Shown piece by piece: positions 1 through 10,431 of a stretch of DNA of 64,000 nucleotides (positions are counted from its first letter, which is position 1; every line of letters begins with the position of its first letter). The stretch is from an uncultured Coriobacteriia bacterium (GTDB taxonomy: Bacteria; Actinomycetota; Coriobacteriia; Coriobacteriales; QAMH01): the NCBI GenBank assembly GCA_959608885.1, contig CAUHSG010000007.1, forward strand, positions 1,616 through 65,615, read 5' to 3'. The position numbers and the translations under genes are program-made. The notes under the pieces are model-generated. The model ran no database searches, had not been told where the DNA came from, and worked only from the letters and a program-made list of their open reading frames with translations.

Positions 1-1748
<1,748 letters not shown>

Positions 1749-1768
1749 TCAGATTTCGACATACCGAG

Positions 1769-1810
1769 CAAAACAGGACCCCGTCTCATGCACGATGGGG
1801 TCCTGTCATT
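1769..1810. terminator. bidirectional intrinsic terminator between convergent carB and Fic genes
   Basis: 10-bp G+C-rich stem ACAGGACCCC/GGGGTCCTGT (1773-1782 / 1797-1806). An A-run precedes it on the plus strand, giving a ...CCTGTTTTGCT tail on the minus strand. The tail on the plus strand is weaker (CATTTCG). Confidence 0.6.
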
Positions 1811-1851
1811 TCGAGCGAAGCCGCCGAAGGCGGCGCAGTCGAGAAATCTCA

Positions 1852-2991
1852 CTATCTAGCAGCGTCGATTTCACCGCGAATCGCGGACGGGATAACCCAT
1901 TCGCCATTACGTCGTCCACCCTCACGTTGCAATAGTCCCTTTGCCTGCAGCTCGACAGTACGCGTCTTAACTGTCCTCTCAGAGATGCCAATCACCGCAG
2001 CGAGGCCCTTCTGCGTTATTCGTGGGTTATCCGCAATCAGACGAAGTACCGCGAGTTCTCCCAAAGTGCAATTCAAAGTGCAATTTTTGCACTTTGGGAA
2101 CGCACTGCTTGCACTTAAAACTGTTCCGTCTTTTTTGAGAGCTCCATAATCGACATGCATATAACGGTTTTTCAGATCGTTGTGCGCTCCTAGTAACAGG
2201 TTCTCAAAGAATCGTTCGAGGAATTCAGTTGTGGCCCTGATACCCTTTGGATAGTCATCATAATTTGCTCGAACAAGCGCATTCCTGAAATACCAGGAGT
2301 TGTCGCGAAACGTCTCATTCTCAACCGTAAAGCCCATCGCGCGCAGATACTTGATAATGAACACCGCTGTCGTACGCGTGTTTCCCTCGTAAAAAGGATG
2401 AACCTGCCATATGCCCGATGTGAACTCGGCGATGTGTTTCGAGATCTCGTCCCGCGACATCCCCTCATACGAGAAGGCGGTTTCGCGGTCAAAGTCATAA
2501 TCGAGCGTCTCCCCTATGAGCTCCCAAGGGGCGTAGAGCACTGATTCTCCCTTGAGCACCCATTCCTTCTTGGAGATGTTGTGCGTTCTATACGTGCCCG
2601 CGTCCTTTATCAAGCCCTTGAACAATCGCCCATGGATAGACCGAAGCGTCGCCGGCGAGAACGAGAACGAGCGCTCGCCGAGAATCTCCGTAATGCGTGA
2701 GGACACGATGTCGGCTTCCTCGCTTTGTAGCTCCTCCCCGGTTCGCTCGCCGCTGCGCGCGTAATAGAACTCGACAAGCTTCTGGACCTCGCCAATAGTG
2801 AGCCGGCCCTCGATATGCTCCTTTGCTGTGTCAAGCAGATACCGCGACGGACTCAGGCCATCTACCGCCTGAAGGCCAATGGCCGTCGCCCAGTTCCTGC
2901 CCTTTTGGGCTTGATCCGGCTCGCCCTGGCGAATGTACCCCTCAAGGTCCGAGGCCCAAGACCGTGCGTCATGCTGGGTATCGTTGGCCAT
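1852..2991 (-). CDS. Fic/Fido family protein with C-terminal winged-HTH domain
   Basis: 379-aa ORF. Fido motif HPFYEGNTRTTAVF is a variant of HxFx[D/E]GNGRxxR. C-terminal HTH reads ITQKGLAAVIGISERTVKTRTVELQAKGLL. G+C is visibly lower than in flanking genes. Confidence 0.85.
   Translation of the reverse strand: MANDTQHDARSWASDLEGYIRQGEPDQAQKGRNWATAIGLQAVDGLSPSRYLLDTAKEHIEGRLTIGEVQKLVEFYYARSGERTGEELQSEEADIVSSRITEILGERSFSFSPATLRSIHGRLFKGLIKDAGTYRTHNISKKEWVLKGESVLYAPWELIGETLDYDFDRETAFSYEGMSRDEISKHIAEFTSGIWQVHPFYEGNTRTTAVFIIKYLRAMGFTVENETFRDNSWYFRNALVRANYDDYPKGIRATTEFLERFFENLLLGAHNDLKNRYMHVDYGALKKDGTVLSASSAFPKCKNCTLNCTLGELAVLRLIADNPRITQKGLAAVIGISERTVKTRTVELQAKGLLQREGGRRNGEWVIPSAIRGEIDAAR
2059..2099. 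repeat. 13-bp perfect inverted repeat plus direct repeat of CAAAGTGCAAT inside the Fic coding region
   Basis: TCCCAAAGTGCAA (2059-2071) pairs with TTGCACTTTGGGA (2087-2099). CAAAGTGCAAT is repeated directly at 2062-2072 and 2074-2084. The block encodes FPKCKNCTLNCTLGE in the linker before the wHTH. Confidence 0.8.
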
Positions 2992-3403
2992 ATCACATCG
3001 CTCTCTGCCTTTGGAAAAGGGACGAAAAACATGTGCCCATTATACCCTTGCACATTCTCGTCACCTCGCGCTTCCCCAGTTCACCCCATCTGAAACGCGG
3101 CGGTAAGCGCCCTGCCATCGCACCGCAACGTGCGGCCGGTATCCTTGCGGGGCAATGTGAGTTGCACCGGCATGGAAGGAGTCGAGGGCCAAGGGGGCTT
3201 TCGGCCCCTTCAGCATGTCGGCAGCGACGATTCGTGCCCACCGCCCCAAATGCGAGAAGACCGAAAGTCCACCGGCTTCGGTCTTCTCGAAGAGAGCGGC
3301 GTGCCATGGACCTGAGGTTGGGGGATTAATCCACGGCACGCCTCGGAAATGGGCATATCACCTGCCGGAGGATCCCAGACATCCCCCGGCAAGGACAGGA
3401 AAA

Positions 3404-4033
3404 TCACCTTCCGCCCATGGGAATGAACATCGTCTCTTGCGAACCGTCCCACTTCTCGCGAGCGCCGATGATGGCATCGTGGAGGTTCTTGGCACGCGGC
3501 TCGACGAACTGCACGGCAAAGCCCAGATCCTTGCGCATGTCGGCCACCATGAACGAAGGCTTGCCCGCGTTGGCGCGCACCATCGCCTCGTCGGTACCTG
3601 TCGCACGCGCCTTCTCGAGTGCGTTCTCGAGGTCGGGATAGCCAACCGTGATCACATCGATGCCGAGGAAATCGCAAGCGTCCTGGGCTTCGGCCAGGCT
3701 GTCCACGAAGATGTGCACGTGGTTGAGACCGGGTTCCCCCTCCTTGTTGAGTTCGGTGAACATCGTGGGGATTGACCAATCGTTTTGCGTCACGACTTCT
3801 ATGGAGTGACTACCCCACGCGCCGTAGCAGGCGTGGAACTCCAGTCCCTTGCAGTCGACCTCCTCGCCGTGATAGAGCAGTTTGCCAAAGGTGTTGGTCG
3901 TGTAGAAGAACGGCCCGGACCCGAACAGGCGGTTATGGGCAGTCATGAATGCGCGCCAGTCGGGTGCGCAAAAGCCTAGCTGATGCACCCAGTCCTTGCC
4001 TTCGAAATAAGTCGAGTGATCTTTCATGGTCAT
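3404..4033 (-). CDS. VOC (glyoxalase/bleomycin-resistance/dioxygenase) family protein
   Basis: ORF 3404-4072. Start moved to ATG 4033 (MTMKDHSTYF...) with a GAAGGG SD-like sequence upstream. The two-module VOC-like layout and the LFGSGPF block resemble the 8989-9528 paralogue. Confidence 0.7.
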   Translation of the reverse strand: MTMKDHSTYFEGKDWVHQLGFCAPDWRAFMTAHNRLFGSGPFFYTTNTFGKLLYHGEEVDCKGLEFHACYGAWGSHSIEVVTQNDWSIPTMFTELNKEGEPGLNHVHIFVDSLAEAQDACDFLGIDVITVGYPDLENALEKARATGTDEAMVRANAGKPSFMVADMRKDLGFAVQFVEPRAKNLHDAIIGAREKWDGSQETMFIPMGGR

Positions 4034-4082
4034 GTGTATCCCTTCTTCTTGCACAAGTGTCAAACGCCCCATGCAATGAAAT

Positions 4083-4913
4083 CTAGTCGAGCTGCTTTGC
4101 CATTGTCATGCCAAACTTGCCACCATCCAAGATGAGGTCGACGCCCGTCAGGTACTCCAAGCCGGGTTCGAGCATGCGCACGATGAACTCGGCCATCTCG
4201 TCAGGATCTCCCAGACGGCCAAATGCAGTGCCGCGTTCGATGCCGGCGACCGTCTCCTCGGATGCCTCGCGCAACATGGGCGTGTCAAAGGCTCCTGGCG
4301 CGATGGAGAAGATACGGCAGCCCTTCTTCCCGAACCTCAGCGTGTTCGCGCGCGTGTAATACTGCGTGAAGGTCTTGGATATCGGATAGTACTGGTAGTC
4401 CTCGCCCATGGCACGCATGGCCTCGGGCACCTCACGCGCATCTATAGCCGCCTTGACCTTGTCGAAGAACGCAGGGTTGTTGGGATCGTCCCAAATCTCG
4501 CGCTCCTCGGACGTGGGCTGCACGAAGTATCCCGTGATGGACGAGTAGTTCACCAAAGCCGAGCCTTCTTCGAGATAGGGCAGAAACGCCTCGACGAAAT
4601 TGACCGTTCCCACCATATTGACCTTGACGATAAGGTCACCACCGCCCGTGTCAACGCCCGCGGCGTTTACCACGTTTCCCAACGGCGCAATCGAGGTCGC
4701 ATAGGCCGCGAACTCGTCGAGAGAGGCGCGATTGGCGATATCGACTGTCTTCCCATAGGCCTCGACGCCATCGGCTTCGAGCTTGGCGACGGCGTTGGCA
4801 AGGCGTTTCTCGTTGCGTCCTCCTACCAGCACGGGGCCAAACTTGCCCAGCGCTTTGGCGGTGGCAAGGCCCATGCCCGATGTTCCGCCTGCCACAACTT
4901 GCAATCTTTTCAT
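4083..4913 (-). CDS. SDR family NAD(P)-dependent oxidoreductase
   Basis: Glycine-rich cofactor motif VAGGTSGMGLATA and catalytic YxxxK (YPISK). Start taken at ATG 4913 (MKRLQVV...); an in-frame GTG lies at 4925. Confidence 0.85.
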   Translation of the reverse strand: MKRLQVVAGGTSGMGLATAKALGKFGPVLVGGRNEKRLANAVAKLEADGVEAYGKTVDIANRASLDEFAAYATSIAPLGNVVNAAGVDTGGGDLIVKVNMVGTVNFVEAFLPYLEEGSALVNYSSITGYFVQPTSEEREIWDDPNNPAFFDKVKAAIDAREVPEAMRAMGEDYQYYPISKTFTQYYTRANTLRFGKKGCRIFSIAPGAFDTPMLREASEETVAGIERGTAFGRLGDPDEMAEFIVRMLEPGLEYLTGVDLILDGGKFGMTMAKQLD

Positions 4914-4979
4914 CTCGTTACCCACCTATCCGGACGGCCGCAAGCACGAACGGCCGCCCTTGATCGAAAATCAAATAAC

Positions 4980-6437
4980 CTACTCGGCATCCGCCTCGGC
5001 CTCGGTGGGCTTCTTGAGGAGGAACGTGATGAGGAGCAGGACAATCCAGGCGACCAGCGAGACGATCATGCACAGACGCATGCCCGTCGCCGGGTCCATC
5101 GCCACGAGCAGCGTGAAGACCGCCATACCCACGCCGGCACCAAGGTTCTGGCCCAACTGGATGACGGAGTTGCCAAGCGTGCGCAACTGGGCCTTGAGCA
5201 TGATCTGCGGTGCCGCGGACTGCGTAACCGTCTGCTGGGAGTTGAAGAAGCCACCCAGGAAGGTGAGGATGTAAATCACCCACACGGGCACGCCAGGCAC
5301 GAGCACGAGCACGAAGGCGCCCATGATGAGAACACGCCACACGTTGCCAAAGGTCATGACCCACTTCGCCGTGTTCTGCTTGGCAATGATCCTGCCGAAC
5401 ACGGGCCCGAGGAACAGGCCAAGCACGGCCATGAGCGAAGTCGACAGACCGCCGGCAAGCGCGGGGCCTATCGTCTGCACGATGGAGTCGGTCGCGAGCG
5501 TGCGCATGATGAAGCCGGGGATGAAGAACGAAATCGACATCGCGCCGAAGTTATGCAGGAAGTTCGAGCCCGTCAGCACGAGCGTGTTGCGGTCCTTGAG
5601 GGCGTTGAGCGGAACAATGGCGTCGTCCTTCTTCTTCCTGATGATGAAGACGAGCACGATGAGCGCTATGACGGACACGACGAGCAGCCCCGTGTTGAGC
5701 GGCGTGCCGAACTTGACGTAGCTGCTGCCCATGGAAAGCGCGATAATGAGGCAACCCAGGAAGATGGTGATGACCGCGGCACCGGCGAAGTCGAACTTGC
5801 CGCCCTTGACGGCCAGAAATGCGACCTCTTCCTTCTTTACCTTGACGCCCATGAGAATGAGGATCGCTCCCAGGGCGAGGAAGGCGAAGAGGATGAAGCA
5901 CCACACGCGCCAGCCGATCTGGTCGATGACCAGACCACCCACGAAGGGGCCGGCAAGGATGCCGATGGACATCATCGTGCCCACAAGGCCGAGATACAGA
6001 CCCGCTTGCTTCTTGTCGTAGATGTCGCGGATCATGGTGAAGCCGATGGCGAAGACGCCGGCGCTCACCAGGCCCCAGAAGATGTTCGCGGCGATGATCA
6101 TGAACATGTTCGTCGCGATGCCGCGGATGAGGAGCACCAAAGCGCCCACGACGAGCGAGCCACCGGCAAGCAGCCGCTTGGAGGCCGGGTTGCGCGCGCC
6201 GATGAAGCCGTAGATGGGCATGGCGCAGACGCCGATGATGCCGCTGACTCCCTGGGCAAGACCGTAGATGTCCATGCCTCCGATGTCGGCTGCCGCCGCG
6301 GGCAGCATGACCGAGTTCGTGTTCGATACGAGCATGTTGGCGATGACGGCGAGGTAGAGGCCTATGACCGTCATCATCTTCTTTGCATTTGGAGCGTCTA
6401 GAAACGGGTTTCTCGGCTCCTCCTTGACCTGATCCAT
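4980..6437 (-). CDS. MFS transporter (DHA2/drug:H+ antiporter-like)
   Basis: ~485 aa, hydrophobic throughout, with an MFS motif-C-like LAGPFVGGLVID. Start at ATG 6437 (MDQVKEEPRN...) is preceded by AAGGGAG 7 nt upstream. Confidence 0.85.
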   Translation of the reverse strand: MDQVKEEPRNPFLDAPNAKKMMTVIGLYLAVIANMLVSNTNSVMLPAAAADIGGMDIYGLAQGVSGIIGVCAMPIYGFIGARNPASKRLLAGGSLVVGALVLLIRGIATNMFMIIAANIFWGLVSAGVFAIGFTMIRDIYDKKQAGLYLGLVGTMMSIGILAGPFVGGLVIDQIGWRVWCFILFAFLALGAILILMGVKVKKEEVAFLAVKGGKFDFAGAAVITIFLGCLIIALSMGSSYVKFGTPLNTGLLVVSVIALIVLVFIIRKKKDDAIVPLNALKDRNTLVLTGSNFLHNFGAMSISFFIPGFIMRTLATDSIVQTIGPALAGGLSTSLMAVLGLFLGPVFGRIIAKQNTAKWVMTFGNVWRVLIMGAFVLVLVPGVPVWVIYILTFLGGFFNSQQTVTQSAAPQIMLKAQLRTLGNSVIQLGQNLGAGVGMAVFTLLVAMDPATGMRLCMIVSLVAWIVLLLITFLLKKPTEAEADAE

Positions 6438-6476
6438 CAGGTTCTCCCTTCTTGTAATCCCACCTTGTCCCATTCG

Positions 6477-7262
6477 CTAGCAGAGCTCTCCGCCATCGAC
6501 CACGAGATGCTGTCCGGTCATGAAGCTGGACGCATCCGAGGCGAGGTAGAGCACCGCGTTCGCGCAGTCGGATACCTTTCCCGTGCGACCAAGGGGAATC
6601 TTCGCCAAAATCCCCGGCGCGATCTTCTGGAAGATGTCATCCGATCCCTCGGGGTGCGTCATGTCGGTCTCGATGAAGCCCGGATACAGCGTGTTCATGC
6701 GCACGCCCTCCGGGGCAAGGAGCTTCGCGACGCATGGCGTGAGCGCGCGTATGGCACCCTTGGTGGCAGTGTAGGCAACCGAACCCGCGGCTTTCCACGC
6801 GGCAAGCGAGGCAACGGGGATGATCGCACCGACGTCGTTCTTGGCGCACTCCTCCCAGCCATACTTGATCATGAACATGACGCCATCCAGGTTGACACCC
6901 AGGACCTTGCGCCAGTTGTCGGTGTCGAAAGCCGTCCCGAGGCCGCCCGAAACGGAAAGTCCCGAGATTCCGGCCGAGAGCACCATGATGTCGAGGCGCC
7001 CGAACGTGGTGATGCACTCCTCGATGGCGGCCTTGCAATCTTCCTCGTTCGAGACGTCGGTGACACGATATGCCGCACTGGCGCCGGCTGCCTCGATCTC
7101 CTCGACCGCCTTTTGCAGCTTGTCCTCGCGACGGGCCGTGAGAAACACCTTGGCACCGTGCTCGGCGAGGACCTTTGCCGACTCGTTCCCGATTCCATGG
7201 GAGCTCGCACCCGTGATGAGGGCAACACGCCCCGTCAGGTCAAAGGGATCTTTCATTTCCAT
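6477..7262 (-). CDS. SDR family oxidoreductase
   Basis: ITGASSHGIGNESA cofactor motif and YTATK catalytic motif. Start ATG 7262 (MEMKDPFDL...) has GGAGAGGAAAGG upstream. The longer ORF to 7385 has no RBS. Confidence 0.88.
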   Translation of the reverse strand: MEMKDPFDLTGRVALITGASSHGIGNESAKVLAEHGAKVFLTARREDKLQKAVEEIEAAGASAAYRVTDVSNEEDCKAAIEECITTFGRLDIMVLSAGISGLSVSGGLGTAFDTDNWRKVLGVNLDGVMFMIKYGWEECAKNDVGAIIPVASLAAWKAAGSVAYTATKGAIRALTPCVAKLLAPEGVRMNTLYPGFIETDMTHPEGSDDIFQKIAPGILAKIPLGRTGKVSDCANAVLYLASDASSFMTGQHLVVDGGELC

Positions 7263-7408
7263 CGCCTTTCCTCTCCATGTTCTTATGATTTGAATACACG
7301 CCGATTCCCGAGCCCCGCGCTGTCCCTCTCGTGAAACGAAGGGACATGCGCGCATGCGTCGGGCCCCCCAGCTCGACATCTTCAAAGATGGGGGAAGCGG
7401 CCGGTCTA

Positions 7409-7443
7409 TTCAATTTGCAATGATTCTGAATTGGGAACAGTGC
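7409..7443 (-). promoter_or_regulatory. candidate operator/promoter element upstream of the SDR-MFS-SDR-VOC operon
   Basis: TTCAATT (7409-7415) and TTGGGAACAGTGC (7431-7443). The 13-mer is identical to 13244-13256, which lies in the equivalent position downstream of the paralogous TetR gene. Confidence 0.45.
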
Positions 7444-7539
7444 CAGGGCAGCTGGAGCCGCTGGGCATGTTTGGGAGACACATCGCGATCACCCGCACCC
7501 AATCGGTACAAATCGGGCGATCTGTTTCCTCTCCCTGGA

Positions 7540-8115
7540 TTAGTCCTTGGTCGATGGTGGGAATGTCGTCAACCAGAACTGCCGGGTCATCTCGTCATAC
7601 AGCTTGGCAAGCTCACGGGGCGTATAGGGCAAGCCATCGCTCACCCACTTCTGTATGAACATGGCTTGGGACGAGGCGAAGAAGTAGGCGGTGTAATCGG
7701 CTTTCCGGATGTCTCCCATCCACTCGTAGGAAGTGAGAATGTCGATGTTGAGATCGTAGATGGCGTGGGTCGCGATGCGGATGAACGTATCATCCCTGCC
7801 CCTCATGGGGCCAAGAAGCTTGCCGTAGAAAGCGGCGGATTCGTAGATTTTCTCGTATACCTTCTCGTAGAAGAGCATGCTCATATCGAATGCCTGCTTT
7901 TGCGTCAGCACCACGTTGAGGCTTTCGATGGGCTCGACGACGTCCTGCTTGAAGATCGTGGACAGGACATCGTCCTTGTTCTCGAACATGTTGTAGAAAG
8001 ACTTACGGGAGACATGGGCATTTTGGCATATGTCCGATACGGTTATGCTCGTGTAGGGTCTTTCCTCGACCAGCTCTTTCAGGCTCGAAATTATCGCGCT
8101 CTTCGCATCCCCCAT
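7540..8115 (-). CDS. TetR/AcrR family transcriptional regulator
   Basis: N-terminal HTH YTSITVSDICQNAHVSRKSFYNMFENKDD, 191 aa, SD GAGGGGGA upstream. Paralogue of 13323-13886. Confidence 0.9.
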   Translation of the reverse strand: MGDAKSAIISSLKELVEERPYTSITVSDICQNAHVSRKSFYNMFENKDDVLSTIFKQDVVEPIESLNVVLTQKQAFDMSMLFYEKVYEKIYESAAFYGKLLGPMRGRDDTFIRIATHAIYDLNIDILTSYEWMGDIRKADYTAYFFASSQAMFIQKWVSDGLPYTPRELAKLYDEMTRQFWLTTFPPSTKD

Positions 8116-8187
8116 AGTCGTCCCCCTCGACTCTGCTCTCTACCCCAAGGAGTACGCTCCTCCTATGCCCTAGGCTATGACTTCGTA

Positions 8188-8703
8188 TCAGTGCTCGCCG
8201 GCGGAAAGCGACTCCTGCAGCCTGTCGCAGCCGCACGTGCACCCCTCGGGATGCAACTCATGCTCAATAGGCGTCTCGCTCACGATATCGACTAAGGTGA
8301 TGTCGAAGTTGAGGTTCTGGCCTGCGAGCTCGTGATTGCAATCGAGCACCACCTCTTCGTCGCCTACCTCGAGCACGCGCACGCGCATGACATCGCCCTC
8401 GGGCGTCTGGATGCCCAGCATCGCGCCCACCGGGAGCGCCTCGCCATTGGGAAGCGAGGTCACGGGCATCGAGATGACGAGGGCCTCGTCACGCTGCCCG
8501 TAGGCGCGATCAGCCGGGATGTGAATGCTGCGCGTCTCGCCCACTTTCATGCCCATCACGGCATAATCGAAATCGGGCAGCACGACGCCGCTTCCCGCCA
8601 CGAACTCGAGCGGCTCATCTTGGGCCTTCGTGCTCGCAAACTCCGTGCCGTCATCGAGTTTGCCGCGATACTCGACGATGACGCGATCCCCCTGGTTAAC
8701 CAT
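8188..8703 (-). CDS. slyD: FKBP-type peptidyl-prolyl cis-trans isomerase, SlyD-like
   Basis: FKBP fold blocks (VEYRGKLDDGTEF, LEFVAGSGVVLPDFDYAVMGMKVGE), an inserted flap region and a Cys/His-rich tail (HELHPEGCTCGCD...GEH). Confidence 0.8.
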   Translation of the reverse strand: MVNQGDRVIVEYRGKLDDGTEFASTKAQDEPLEFVAGSGVVLPDFDYAVMGMKVGETRSIHIPADRAYGQRDEALVISMPVTSLPNGEALPVGAMLGIQTPEGDVMRVRVLEVGDEEVVLDCNHELAGQNLNFDITLVDIVSETPIEHELHPEGCTCGCDRLQESLSAGEH

Positions 8704-8712
8704 ATTGCTCCC

Positions 8713-8982
8713 TCATCTCTCGCGATTCTTCCCGCGCGCGACGGCGCCGGAGTACATGTTCACCCACGCGCCATCGCGTCGCTCGTAAAACGGCTTGAGC
8801 ACGATGTGCCCTCCGTGCGACCCCGAGCCGTGACACGCGATGACGCCTTCCTCGACGATGCCATCGAGCACGAAGACGTCAGCTTCCACCTCGTAGTAAC
8901 GACGACCATCGGAGCCCAGGAATGCTCCCGAGCTCCGATCGATGGCCACGACTGGTATTTCACGCAAACGGGCTTTTGCCAT
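8713..8982 (-). CDS. hypothetical 89-aa protein
   Basis: ORF packed 6 nt after the VOC stop and 9 nt before the slyD-like start. I recognise no motif. The coding call rests on operon packing only. Confidence 0.45.
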   Translation of the reverse strand: MAKARLREIPVVAIDRSSGAFLGSDGRRYYEVEADVFVLDGIVEEGVIACHGSGSHGGHIVLKPFYERRDGAWVNMYSGAVARGKNRER

Positions 8983-8988
8983 GCGAAT

Positions 8989-9528
8989 CTAGCGTCCCAT
9001 CATCGCCATGACGTCCTGAATGCCCACGAGGGCGACGTCATCCGGCCACTTCTGGTGCACGCCCATGCCCATCTGCCGCACTTGTTCGAGCGGCGGATTG
9101 ATCTCGATGTACTGCCCGAGCTGTTCGCGTGCGTCGACGTAGACCACGCGCATTCCGGAGCCCGAGACCATGTCCATGGCGACCTCGATGCCGGCAGCGG
9201 CAAATTCGTCGACTGTCTCCTGCACGTCGTCGACCCAGATGCAGTAGTGATGCAAGCCGTAACGCTCCGCCTCGGAGTACGGGCTCGGACAATCGCTCTT
9301 GTCCTCGATGAGCTCGATCTCCATGTCACCGAGGTACCCGATGGCCGTGCGCATCTTGACCGGTTGCTCGACGCCACGAATCTTGCAGCTCTCTGGGGCG
9401 TTCACACCCATGTCGATGAACGGACCGGCACCGAAGAGGTCGTGATACAGCTGTGCCGTCTCCTCGATACTCTCCACGTTATACCCGAGCTGTCTGATGC
9501 CGTATTTTCCGAAAAGCTCCTTGCCCAT
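8989..9528 (-). CDS. VOC family protein
   Basis: 179 aa with a glyoxalase/VOC-like layout (IRQLGYNVESIEETAQLYHDLFGAGPF, GLHHYCIWVDDV). Confidence 0.75.
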   Translation of the reverse strand: MGKELFGKYGIRQLGYNVESIEETAQLYHDLFGAGPFIDMGVNAPESCKIRGVEQPVKMRTAIGYLGDMEIELIEDKSDCPSPYSEAERYGLHHYCIWVDDVQETVDEFAAAGIEVAMDMVSGSGMRVVYVDAREQLGQYIEINPPLEQVRQMGMGVHQKWPDDVALVGIQDVMAMMGR

Positions 9529-9612
9529 GGTTCCTCCTCATGTGAGTAGATGCATTCGCGCTCGCGAAAAGAGCAGGCCGTCGACACATGCCGACGGCCC
9601 TTTGCCCCAGAC

Positions 9613-10416
9613 TTACGCAAGCGGAATGTCGCCCAGTCCCTTGTCTTCCTCGAGCGTGCTCACCTCGAGAGTGGCCCTCTTGCCGCCCTTCTCGATCTCG
9701 ACACGCCACTCGGCATCCGGCAGGTCCTTGAGCCAGAAGTCGCCCCAGCTGTCGGTCGTTGCCGTGACCGTTCCCTCGGCGCAAGTCGCGGTGACGGTCG
9801 CGCCCTCGACGATCTCCTCGGTCTCCGGGTCGTACACCGTGCCGGCGATGAACTTCTTGGGCAGACTGCGATAGTAGACATGCGGATCTGTCTTGTACTC
9901 GGGATGAAGCACCTCGCAACCCGTCAGGTCGAAGTCCTCGGCCTCACCAAACTGGATGACGTCGAGATGGCAGTTGTCCATGCAGCGCGGCGTGTGGATG
10001 GGCTGCTCGGGATCGTCGATGAGATGCGCGCAACCCGTGCACTTCTGCGGAATCTCCTTCTCCTCGTTCCAGTAGATGACATGGTACGGGCAGGCGTCGA
10101 CGATCTGCTTCTGGCCCTTGGCCTTGACCGGGTCGATGATGACCAGGCCGTCATCGCGACGGTAGACTGCGTCGTCTTTGGCTGCCCTCATGCAGGGAGC
10201 GTCCCCGCAATGATTGCACAGGCGCGGCGTGTAGCTCACCTTGACGTGCGGCTTGTGCCCGCGTTCCTTCTGCTCGACCTTCATCCAGAACTGGCCGATT
10301 TCGGGCTGCTCCTCGGCATAGGGCATCCAGCAGTTACCGCAATGCTCGTCCTTGCAGCCGATCTGGCAGTTATGGCAGCCGACGCAACGGGCGGCGTCGA
10401 TAACGAATACCTTCAT
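9613..10416 (-). CDS. 4Fe-4S subunit of AthL/BthL-type (pyrogallol hydroxytransferase-like) molybdoenzyme
   Basis: Cys motifs CVGCHNCQIGC, CNHCGDAPC and CTGCAHL...C. The block IIDPVKAKGQKQIVDACPYHVIYWNEEKEIPQKCTGCAHLIDD is present. The C-terminal ~75-aa all-beta module (GTVYDPETEEIVEGATVTATCAEG...) matches the layout I recall for BthL (274 aa). Confidence 0.8.
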   Translation of the reverse strand: MKVFVIDAARCVGCHNCQIGCKDEHCGNCWMPYAEEQPEIGQFWMKVEQKERGHKPHVKVSYTPRLCNHCGDAPCMRAAKDDAVYRRDDGLVIIDPVKAKGQKQIVDACPYHVIYWNEEKEIPQKCTGCAHLIDDPEQPIHTPRCMDNCHLDVIQFGEAEDFDLTGCEVLHPEYKTDPHVYYRSLPKKFIAGTVYDPETEEIVEGATVTATCAEGTVTATTDSWGDFWLKDLPDAEWRVEIEKGGKRATLEVSTLEEDKGLGDIPLA

Positions 10417-10431
10417 GATATGACCTCTCTC

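Noticed and set aside
2992-3403. RNase P RNA, SRP RNA, tmRNA, cobalamin riboswitch or a group II intron domain V in the hairpin-rich spacer.
   Set aside because: Only isolated resemblances were seen: GAAAGTCC, GCGGTAAGCGCC and CCGG..GGAAGGAG. Their order and context do not fit the conserved cores on either strand. There is no tRNA-like 3' end, no GGUCAGGUCCGGAAGGAAGCAGCC and no AGC-triad D5.
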